Source: Pseudogymnoascus verrucosus
Lineage: Eukaryota
Assembly: GCA_001662655.1 (NCBI GenBank)
Contig: KV460267.1
Strand: one strand, 5' to 3'
DNA: 64,000 nt
In this document: positions 45,484 through 56,738 of the stretch, in pieces
How positions within the stretch are numbered: the stretch's first letter is position 1
How the letters are laid out: the number at the start of each line of letters is the position of its first letter
Program-made: the position numbers and the translations under genes
Notes under the pieces: model-generated
Database searches by the model: none
What the model was told of the DNA's origin: nothing
What the model saw: only the letters and a program-made list of their open reading frames with translations

Positions 45484-46600
45484 CTAAAGCTCTCGCCTCT
45501 ATATACCTCAACTTCAGCTAATAACCTGCGCTAATATTTTGATACCATCTAAAGATGAACATTGGATACCACAAAAAATTAATTGGGGTCGTCAATGACG
45601 GCCGATATGGGCGAGGTGTGGAATACGTCGGGAACAGAAGGCGAAGGACCGGCGAAAGAAGATCTTGCCGCCACTGACACCTCTGCTGTCACCAACCTAT
45701 CTCACTGCCGCTAATAGTCTGCTGTCACCTACTGCTCTACTGTCGTCGATGCCTAGCAAACAGGAACGGCAGTAGGGATGCCATAACTATCGACGGAAAG
45801 GGGACTGCTTCGTCATAGCGCCCTCTAAACCGCCCCCCTCCTGATTTTCAATCGCCTTTGCGAGCTCCTCTTTCATAATCTCAAGTTCAACTCCAAGTCG
45901 AACCTTGTCTGCTGACTTATATTTAGCAATGGCTGCTGCCTTTGCACGCTTGTGTGCGGCTCTATCCGTAAGGAGCTGCTTGATGCTGGCCTCGAATTCG
46001 TCGGCAGCTCTCCCCACTCGATCGCCTCTTCCTTATAGCAGTCGTTCTCCTGCTCAAGCTTATCGAGGTCCCCCTTCGCCTCCTCGAGGCATCTTATGCT
46101 CTCGGCCCTCTAGGCTAGCTCGACAACCGTTTTGTGCCAGTTGCTGACATGCTCTACCCCACGACCATAACTGTTGCCATTAACGACCCCTACTAATTTC
46201 TTATAGTAGCTAATATTTATAGCGCAGGCGAGCCGTTGGCCAAAATAAAGGCGATCAACCTCTGCAAGATTGCTAGGACTCCCAGAGGCTTTCTGTACTG
46301 TCCATCCTTCCCAAACCTCTCGCATTTGCATATTTCAACTTTAGCCAACAGCCGTCCCGAAGCTCTCGTCTGTGAATATCTCAACTTTAGCCAACAACTC
46401 TCCCGAATCTTTCGATGCCCTCCAAAAATGAATATTGGGTATCACAAAAAGCTCGTGGGGCTTGTAAATGACGACCGCTATGGGCGCGGAGTGGAGCATG
46501 TTGGCAGGCGCCGCAAGACGATTGTGGAGCTGGCTGAGAGGGCCGAGAGTATGAGATGCCTCAAAGAAGCAAAGGAAGACCTTGCCGCCGCCGACACCTC
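45484..46600. pseudogene. Three decayed copies of an orphan coding segment MNIGYHKKLxGxVNDxRYGRGVE
   Basis: Copies start at 45555 (+), 46220 (-, start ATA, internal TAG) and 46428 (+). Confidence 0.7.
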
Positions 46601-49488
46601 TGCTGCCACCTACCTATCTTGCTGTCACCAGCCTATCCTGCTGTCACCAACCCATCCCGCCGCCGCTTCGTCTCCTGTCACCTCCCTATCCCACCACCAC
46701 CTACCAGGTCCTGTCATCCTGCCCCTTTGCAATCACCTGGATCAAACAAAGCGCAGCTTGCCAATCTGCAACCTGCCGAATCCGAACCAATTCATAGTTT
46801 GTTTGGCGGATGTCATATTTGTATAATTCTGCAGCACTACGCTGTACTGGACAGTACTTATACGAAAATAGGAACGGCGAAAAAGGAGAACACGTGACGC
46901 ACACTTTCCACCATCAAAGAGCTCTTCTCCCAGTGCCTGTCCTCTCATCCCACCCCCTTGTTCCCTCATCAAATAGAGTAACCCCAGCTAGACGCTCGCT
47001 GGCTGGAATCCTTCCTTCCGGCCACCATCTCGAACTTTACATCCTTTGTACTCCTCCCAACCCTCTTCCCTCCTCCTTCCCACTCAATGCACTCACCTCG
47101 ACGCAGGTACAGTACGTATCACACCCAACCCAACCCCACCACCACTCCCACCACTCCCACCACAGACGACGGACCGCACAAGCACAGCGTCGTCGATCCC
47201 CGATCGTCCTCTCTGAAACGGTGTGTATACGCTACTACCCCCTCTGCGCATAACTTGGCGGCGTGGGAGGTACAGGCTACGCGCGCGGTGCAGGAAGTGC
47301 TACTGCAAGGGGGCGCTAATGAGTCGGGGAAGGTGGATTGGGGCGGAGTCGTGAGCCAAGGGCTGGGTGGTGGAGTGGGGTGGAGTGGAGGAGGAGGAGG
47401 GAGAGGAGGACGGCGGGCGGGGCGGGGTGGAGCGGAGATTGCAGTGCTGGGCGGGCGGTTGGCGGAGGGTTGTTGGTGGTGGTGGTGGGACGAGAGGTGT
47501 GTTGGGTTTGTTTGGGGTGGACGGGAGGGGGCACGTGAGGGAGATGTTGATGGGTGGTGGGTGGGTCTAGAGTGCGAGAGGGTGTGCTAAGTATAGCATT
47601 TATACGGGAAGAAGGGAAGAAGGGAGGTCTGATGAGGGTGGCAGGAGACAGATAATCGGGGGAAGCGATGCGATGGTTGCCAGTCGTATGGGATGTACTC
47701 TGGCTGGTATAAACAATCGGCTAGCTAGTAGCGATAAAGAAGTTATGTCCAGCCAGCACCACTATACTACCCAGCATACATACATACGTAGGTGTGTGTA
47801 TGATATCTCATGTTGAAGGCTAAGCTATGGCCCGCGCTTTAATGTACTCTACCTTTTCTGTATGTACTGGCGCACTATACTGTTTGTTGCTCTGCACTGT
47901 GAACCGGTTTTGGGTGTGTTTCTCTATGTTTTCTCTGTTTGCTTGTGGTTGCTGTGGTTGCTGTGGTTGCTTGTGTGATGTGCACCAGCGACCTGCAAGT
48001 ACCTTTTCGAACGAGGCTGTGCAGGATGAGAAAGTGGATGGCCGATGACGACGACCTCACCCTAAGCCATAGGGACGGACTGGCTTGGTTGCAGCTAGGC
48101 GGGTAGAGGAGAGGTACTTGCACACATCATATTGTCTTACTGTTTACTGAATAATTAGCTTGTATGGCTACGGCACCCTCACACCTACTACCGACGACTT
48201 GTAGTACTGTCGTACTTTAGTATACGAGCGCAAGGTTAAAACTCGATCGATACGATGCCCGTATTATGCTATCCGTATACTATCCGTATACTGTACATAT
48301 ACTGTCCACATATACTGTCCACATATACTATCCCCAGCACAGCCGCCTGTATATTACTGCACCTGCCTACACCTCCTGACGGTGTTGTGTATATCTGTAT
48401 GGTGGTTAGTCAGTATTTACTTTCTTTAACTCTCTACTACTTGATGAATTACAGCCACAGTGGCAAAGAAACCCTTCAACGCCTTCCCCGTATTCGCATC
48501 TTTTATTAGAATCTCTAAATGTCTGACTTAGCTTAGCACTTTGTTACCGCTTTCGCCCCGTCGTCGCCATGGTCACCGTACCATCACCAGCGCAGCCACG
48601 CAGCCACGTACCACCGTAATGTTAAAAAATTGGCAGTAACAGTAACTGTACATACAAACGATGCTAGAATATAGTTGGTGCCCTATATATAAGGCCAAAT
48701 TACAACCACATCAGGCCACAATTACCCGTTGCAGCAACAAAAGACCATCATTAATGCCAAGTGTGCCAAGATTTCCCACGATTAACACGCGCTATTCCAC
48801 TCGCACCCACTAACATCACTACCCACCACAAGCAAAGTACCTTTTCTACGCATTGTACTATACTTTGGTACTTCTAACCCACTAACAACTCTACTCATCC
48901 TCCCCCATCCCCCCGACCCTTCCCCCTTCCATTTCTAAACTGTACAAAATATGTACTTCCGCTTCTACTTCCAAAACTAAACTATACCCAAACCACCCTG
49001 TAACAACTCCACACCCTACTACTCTCGAACCCGATCCCTCTTTCTCTCTTTACGACCTCACTTCCCTTCCCAAACCTACCCTCTCAACCTCACCGCTGCG
49101 ACTTCCCTCACTATACCGACTTTGTGCCGATTTTGATCGCTCTTCCATCCAGCAAACACACTCGTTCTCGTGGCAGAGGCAGGACCCTTACCGTTCGCTC
49201 GCTCATCGCACATCCCCGACAGTGCCGCAACCCCTGGCGATCAACGCCTAGAATATATACGACAATCCGCCCATTACACCCATCTCGATCGCTGAATCCG
49301 ACTTCCCATACATACTGCACGAACTCGTGAAAGCCTAATAAAGAGAATCAGCCCAGGGCGCACGAGAAAGAGACTCCAACGACGTCTTAATGGTCTGATT
49401 CTAGACTCCCGATACCGATTACCGAATACCCAACAACAACAACCACATACTGGCGCCGACTTGTCGTCGACGACAGAAATCGCCCAGT

Positions 49489-51820
49489 ATGCGCTTCGCA
49501 GCGTTCTCCCCGCTGACAGCCGTCGTCACAACACTCTCGTTACTCGCCGGAACGGCCGTGGCAGACGAGAGGCTCCTCATTTCCACATCTCTCAACACCT
49601 GTGTAGCGAACTCAAACTTCACAGCTAGTCTGTTCAATGTCGTCTTCACGCCTGATAACCGCACTATTACATTCGATGTCACGGGTATCACCTCACTGAC
49701 TGGAAACTTCACCCTCCACGTCGAGGGTGCCGCGTACGGATACAAGATCTTCGACACCGACATCGACCCTTGCGCATCCAAGGAGCTGTCCGGTGTGTGC
49801 CACATGCAGCCGGGTCCCATCACCATCACATCCAATCTCGACTTCAGCCAGGAGGTCGTGGACTCTATCCCGTCCATTGCGTATACCATCCCCGATCTCG
49901 ATGCCACCGTGAGAATCAAGATCGCCTCCAAGGCGACCCCTGATATCATCAAGGCCTGTGTGGAGGCCCGTCTGTCGAACGGAAAGACTGTCGAGCAGAA
50001 GGGTGTGAGCTGGGCCACTGCTGTGGTTGCCGGTCTGGCGCTCGTCGTGTCCGCCGTCGTTGCAGGACTGGGCCATGACAACACTGCGGCGCATATTGCC
50101 GCGTACGCGCTTTCGCTCTTCAGCTACTTCCAGGCCATCGCCATGGTCGGTCTCACGGCCGTCCCACTGCCACCAATCGTGCAATCGTGGACCCAGAACT
50201 TCCAGTGGACCATGGGTATTATTGGCGTCGAGTTCATGCAGACCATCGCGACGTGGTACCAAAAGTCCACGGGCGGCACCCCAGCCACCATCCTCAACAC
50301 GCTCACCACCAATTCTGTCCAGGTGCAGAAGCGATCGCTGGAGATTGCCTCCCAGGCGACCTCAATCATGCGCCGCTCCAACAACGAGAACGCCATCGAC
50401 GCCGTGTCTGGCACCTACACCGTCAAGGGCATGGACAGAGTCGCGTTCCGTGCTGATATGGAGGCTACTAACCTGTTCATTACCGGCCTCATGTTCTTCT
50501 GCATCTTTGTGACTGCTACAGTCCTCGGCGTCGCCGCCTTCAAGGGCATCTGCGAGCTGGCCGTTAAGCAAAGGTGGATGAAGTCCTCCCGATTCGAGGA
50601 CTTCCGCAACGGCTGGAAGGTCGTGTTGAAGGGTATCATGTTCCGTATGGTCCTCATTGGTTTCCCGCAGATGACCATCCTCTGCCTCTGGGAGTTCACA
50701 AAGGTCGATTCCCCAGCCGAGGTTGTCCTGGCCGTCTTCTTCTTCTTCGGAATGGGCGGAACGCTTGCCTGGGCCGCTTTTAAGGTGGTGATGATTGCGA
50801 AGCGCTCAAAGTCCATGCACAAGAACCCAGCCTACATTCTCTACTCGGACCCAACTTCGCTGAACAAGTGGGGTTTCCTGTACGTCCAGTTCCGCGCCTC
50901 AGCCTACTACTACATCATCCCGACCCTGGTATACATCCTCGTCAAGGGCATGTTTATCGCGCTCGGACAGGAAAGTGGCACCGCACAAGCCGTCGGACTC
51001 CTGATCATCGAAGCCGGCGTTCTCATTGCCGCGTCCGTGATGAAGCCATGGATGGACAAGAGCACCAACACGGTCAACATCTCGATCTGCTCCATCAACT
51101 TCTTCAACGCGATCTGCCTGCTCGTCTTCTCGGCCATCTTCAACCAACCCGCCATTGTCACCGGTGTCTTCGGTGTCGTTTTCTTCGTTGTTAACGCCAT
51201 CTTCGCCCTTGTCCTGCTCATCCTGGTTATCGTCTCCACCGTCCTGGCCGCCACGCGCAAGAACCCAGATACGCGCTACCAACCCATGGGCGACGACCGC
51301 GCCTCTTTCATCAAGTCCCAGACGCAGCTGACCACTGAGCTCGACGCTCTAGGTGCTACTGCCCGCGGTGAGATGAAGGGCGGCTACAAGCCCGGACTCG
51401 ACCTCGATGATGATGACACCTGGGACGCAGAGAGCAACCGCCGTCACCCAGCAAACATGCCCCTACCACCCTCGACGGCAAATTCGCACGAGCCACCGCG
51501 CTCGCCGATTAACCCGTCAGTGCCACTATTCCCGAGCGGCGCGAGCCCATACGACGAGAAGAGCCGTGGGGTGTACCAGGGTTCGTACACTGCGGATCGC
51601 GATGAGGCTACGCCGACGACACCCTTTGGATTAGGGCCGGTCGCGGGTGCAGCGGCACCGTACAACCGGGCGAATACAGCGAGTCCATTGAGCCATAGGG
51701 GGCAAAATGGCGCGAGGTAAGATTCTCCCACATGCTTGTCTTTGGCCAACGGCCTTTGGTGAATTGAAAGCTAACGAATATAATAGTCCTTGGCAGCGCG
51801 GCGCAGGTTACGACCATTAG
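49489..51820 (+). CDS. FLC/Pkd2-family TRP-like membrane protein (flavin carrier/calcium channel)
   Basis: Signal peptide, ML-like domain (AYTIPDLDATV...ACVEARLSNGKTV), WTQNFQWTMGII, PAYILYSDP..LNKWGFLYVQFRA, multiple TM helices. Intron 51717-51786, then SPWQRGAGYDH*. Confidence 0.93.
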
Positions 51821-53356
51821 AGGAGTCGCTTTCACGAAACTTTTGTTGTGTGGATCGCAATGCATTTTTTTTACGGCTGGCGTTTTGAGAATTACTCGGA
51901 ACTACGCTTCCACAATACTATACACACGGATCATATCATAGACCGTACATAACGTACCGTCCATTATAGTTCACCTCACCTCTATCACGGAGAAACAAAG
52001 GAGGCGACGCGGGGTATATTCGACAGATCGATTTACCCACGTGCCTCACTCCACGAGAGGTCACCGAGACGAAACAACCACCAAATCAAACCGACCTTGT
52101 ACTTTTTTCAACCTCGAACATTCGACACATCTTTTCATTATTCTGTGAGAACAAACCAACGTGCTGTGCTGTCTAGTGTTAGTTATTTTTTTCCTATGTT
52201 ATTTATACTGGGATGGGATGGGATGGATGGTGGGGGTGCGATGCATTTGTGGATTTTTTTTTATAGAGGGGATGGCCCCTGGGAGCGAGGAGGGATATAT
52301 GGGGGGGAGAAAGAAGAAGATGTGGGAAGGAAGAATGATAGGAGGAGGGGTGTAAGGGAGATGAAGATGCTGGCAGACTGGCTAGTAGGGATGAAATATG
52401 AAATTCAAAACTAAAATCTAAGAACTTGCTCGTGCTCGTGCTGTATCGTGACATGCATGGTGTTCCTTTTTCCCCAATTAGAGCTCCTTGTTTGGTATAT
52501 ATCCCCCCTCACATCAAGAACTGATACATACGACCATAGCCTCAAGAGAATTGGGCATCCCGTCCGCTCTGCCATACACAAGCTTGCGTAATACATTGAT
52601 AATAGTCTCAATCGTGCCAATAGGCATAGCGCGGAACCGAGGCCTCTTGCCGCTTGAAGGGCTGGTCAGAAATGGAAGTGCATGAAAGAGCGAAGTTGAA
52701 AAGCGCTGAGTGGAGTGACCGAACGAGGACAGGGTGACGAGATGAGATGAGATAAATTACATTCAATAGATTGCTGCGCTTGCATCGGCGAGGGAGGGAA
52801 AATTGAGATGCTGGAAGCTTCGGAGGAGTGGTTGGTGAAGCCCTTGCTCGAAGGCGTTAATGCCTAGCTTGGATTGGCTTGGTGGAGAGAGCTGGGGTTG
52901 GCTTGATTGTGTAACTGTGTTGTGTATAATCTAGAGCGCGTATTTGGAGCCTGCGAGGCGAAATGGGGGGTCCTTCGCTGGACATGGCTGATGGAAAGTG
53001 GAGGTCGACAGAATGGGCCATAGCATATGAGTGGAATGAGATGAATATAAACACTTCGTGTGATTAGATTGCTCATCCCTGTACGTTCTGTTTGGTTTGG
53101 GTCTGGACCCAGATGGGTTGTTATGGCGATTAGCTGGACAAGAGTAAGAGCGAGCTTGAGATGTGCAATACAGTACTTGTGTTTGTCTAATGCTATTCTT
53201 ATCGTTGAGCTGTGCCTCTTGGCTTGGGGAATAGCTGTACTGCGAGGCTACAACGTTATTCTATGAAAGACGTAATCCCCGACTAGGTCAAGGAAGCAAA
53301 AGCTGGCAATAGGTTTACTGAAAGTGGTAGTATCCACAGTATGTTTTATTATTATT

Positions 53357-54851
53357 CTAATAGCTTCTAGGTAGATCTAATACTCTTTCCGACACAAAAT
53401 TTAATATCATCTCGCGACTTACTGGCGCAATTCGAGGAATGAAGCACTCCCTCAGATATCTCTCAACATGGTACTCTGCCGCGTATCCCATCCCACCCAA
53501 CGTCAAAACGGCCCGCTCACAAGCCTTAAACGCCGCCTCGGCCGCCAAAAATTTCGCACTGTTGCAAGCTACGCCTACTGCTTGCTGGCTGATGCTCTTG
53601 TCCTCCACACTCTGATCGTACAAGCGAGCTGCGTGATACGTCGCCAGCTTCGCGGCTTCCAGGTTCATATACGCCTTCGACAGCGGATGCGCAATCCCTT
53701 GATTCATGCCTATCGGGCGTCCGAAAACCTCGCGCTCTTTGGCGTACTTCGATGCTCGGTATAGCGCGGCGTATCCGAGACCCAGTGCCTCGCCGGCAAG
53801 TAAACAACGTTCGGCGTTCATACCGTGAAGGACGATCTTAAACCCTTGTCCCTCCTCCCCGATCAAGGAGTTCGCGGGGATTTGGTAGCCGTCGAAGAAT
53901 ACCTCATTTGCGTCGATTGCTCGAGCGCCCATCTTGGAAATCTTCTTCAGGTCCAGCCCCGGCTTCGTCTGGTCGCAGTCGATAAAGAAAAGACTCAGGC
54001 CCTCTGACGGCTTCTTGCATTCCTCCAATGGCGTCGTCCGCGCAAGAAGGACCATCTTCTGGGCAACTTGGGCAGAGGAAATCCAGATCTTTTGCCCGCT
54101 GATAGAATAGGAGTCGCCAGATGCAGATTTGACTGCCTTCGTTTTAAGAGCAAGCGTGTTGAGGCCAGTGTTGGGCTCAGTAACTCCGAAGCAAACGCGC
54201 CAATCTCCAGCAATCAACCTGGGGAGCATTTCTTTCCGTTGCTCTGCGGTGGCGAATTTCGCTACTGGCTGGGTGGCATAGACGTTGGCGTGGATGGATT
54301 GAGCTCCTGCCATGCCGGCGCCGCTCCTGTTTTCCAGTTAGATATCAGGGATATTGAAATAGGGGGTCAAAGTTGGCAATCAATAGCCAGAGACATTTGA
54401 GGTCCTAGCACGGGGTAGTCTTACTCAGAAATCGTTTGGAGCATCATCGTCGCTTCTGAAATCCCCAGTCCTCCACCACCAAGGTCAGTGGGTAACGCGA
54501 TCCCAATCCATCCATCCTTTGCAAGTTCGGCGTGCAGTTCGCGAGGATACGTTCCCGTCTGATCGCGCTCAAGCCAATATTCCTGCAGCCTAGTGTTAGA
54601 CTGGAGTCTGGAGTTTTTGGGATCCGGAGCTACCAAGAGCGACTTGCCTCTGGGAATTTTTTACAAATTTTTGCGATAGCACTACGGACTTCCAGCTGTG
54701 TCTCTGAGAAGCCGCTTGTTTCCATCAAAGTATTTGAGCTCCGCGAAACTGTTGTTGAGAATGGTCTGCTGGAATGATTCGCGCATTTCGGGCCGGGTCT
54801 CGACACACGGCTCGCCCACCCAATGTGACGACTGATTAATTTGGAGGCCAT
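53357..54851 (-). CDS. Mitochondrial acyl-CoA dehydrogenase (candidate methylsuccinyl-CoA dehydrogenase)
   Basis: Presequence-like N-terminus; CFGVTEPNTG, ISGQKIWIS, LIGEEGQGF, REVFGRPIG.NQ, TLGGMGYAAEYHVERYLRE. Introns 54647-54583 (GC-AG) and 54424-54327. Substrate is inferred from context. Confidence 0.9.
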
Positions 54852-55175
54852 TGTCGAAGAAATGAATACAAGACTAGCAATTAATCGTACATGCAATCTA
54901 ATTGCTCAAGAGCTTATATCTTCCCTTGGGAAACCGAGCTTTGAAAGTTAGAAGAGACAGGATCTGCGGCGGTATGAGATAGATAAGTGAAAACAAGGCG
55001 CTGATATATACATAGTTGTCCAGATAGCCATAGAATATTTGTCCATGTGTTACCTGGTAGGCCTGCCCCATAATACCTGTGACCGAACTAAATCATGACC
55101 CCGCAGGTCAATTTTGAATATGAGCGAGGTCTTTGGGCGAGTGGAGAAGCTGGGGTTGTGGTTGTGTTTGGAAAT

Positions 55176-55186
55176 GCCGAATTTCG
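55176..55186. promoter_or_regulatory. Cluster motif GCCGA-ATT-TCG
   Basis: In the divergent dehydrogenase/carrier promoter; same pattern at 61323 and 62689. Confidence 0.45.
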
Positions 55187-55512
55187 TGCCTAAAATCGGT
55201 TAACCTCGCACTGTGCGGAGCACCATCACTCACCGAAGTAGCCGACTGTTGATAGACCAACTCCTCGAACCAACGATCGCGCTATTCCCGCTATTCCCGT
55301 ACCGACATTTGTTTCTGCCCTTTCTCCTGCGCCTTCGCCTTCTGTATCCCTTATCATAGTTTCGGCTCAAGTTGCATAATTCGTGTATTTCAGATTGTCA
55401 TGTGTATATATCTGGTAAATTGTGAAGTAACGTTTAATAAATATATTATTCTCACTTGCACACTGTGGTAGCACGTTAAAGCAGAATACTTGACAGTGAT
55501 ACTACGCAAGCT

Positions 55513-56614
55513 ATGCGTCCCGACTTGAGGCAAGAGTATACCTACCCTCTGTGGTTTGGTGGTTCAGCGTCATGCTTCGCTGTCTGCTTAACGCATCCAT
55601 TAGACCTCAGTAAGTCAGTAATGTGAACTTGTTATTATGCAGTTCTAATTGCAATTCTAGCCAAAGTAAGACTGATCTCACAACAGAGATATCTGTCATT
55701 GACCAACCCTGTGGCTTCGTAGGTGCGCATGCAAACGTCCCAGCTTAGATTTGGTATGTTCAGGACCTTCTTGAATGTGGTCAAGAATGACGGCTTTCTG
55801 GGAATTTATAATGGGGTGTGTGAAATCCACTTTCACCTCAAATACTTCATCAGTAACGTCTGTGTAGTTATCGGCAGGAATTGCGCGGCAATGTAGAATC
55901 CCCATCACAAGGGCAGTACCATTGCTTTGCTAATTTAAAACAGTGCTTTATGGAAGCAGTCGATTCGCGATATATGAGACCGTCAAGAGCGAATATACGC
56001 AAAGAACTCGACAAGAGGCACCAATGTCTGTAATGGTATCTGCCGCAGCTTTGGCCGGTTTCGTTGGTGGTGTTGTTGGTAATCCAGCAGATCTAGCAAA
56101 CGTCCGTATGCAAAGCGACAGTGCTATTCCTCTGCGGGCTCGCAGAAATTACAAGAATGTAATTGACGCCTTTGTGCGGTTTGGGCGGGAGGAAGGGTGG
56201 CGCGGATATACCAGAGGAATCTGGACGAATTCTTCAAGAGCCTCAATTATAAGCGTTTGTCAGCTGGCGTCGTATGATGCATTCAAGAACTTGCTAATTG
56301 AGAGGGAGAAGTTCGAGGATAGCTTGGGGATGCATTTCGCTGCCTCTGTTTTTGCAGGACTTGTAGCAACGACCATTTGCAGCCCAGTTGATGTGATTAA
56401 GAGTCGAATCATGTCCCTTGCTGGAAGTGCATCTATATTTGAAGTTGCAAGAGGTCTCTGGCATACAGAGGGACTCCGATGGATGTTCAAGGGGTGGACC
56501 CCTAGTTTCATTCGAACGGGGCCTCATACCATTGCTACATTTATCTTTCTTGAGCAGCATAAGAAGATATATAGACAACTAAAAACCCCAAAGCAAGAAT
56601 TAGCAATGATTTAA
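55513..56614 (+). CDS. Mitochondrial carrier, Dic1-like dicarboxylate carrier
   Basis: YPLWFGGSASCFAVCLTHPLDL|TK|VRMQ, GNPADLANVRMQSD, QLASYD.FK, ATTICSPVDVIKSRIM, FKGWTPSFIR.GPHT..TF.FLEQ. Four introns including a 5-nt exon. Confidence 0.9.
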
Positions 56615-56738
56615 TAAAAAACTTCAGCAAAAATAACCACTAAACGACCAGGTAGCTAACTTACGGTCACGGTTAGTTCGTAAATGCAATAGCTGTTCAT
56701 CGCTAGTTTTGTCTGGACTACAAGAACATATGCAGAAG

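Noticed and set aside
47087..47590. 167-aa G/W-rich ORF in a G-rich tract
   Set aside because: Low complexity, no recognisable family; cannot be supported as a gene.
37900..47600. Starship or Helitron as the cause of the accessory island
   Set aside because: No tyrosine-recombinase captain or Rep/Hel motifs seen in the window.
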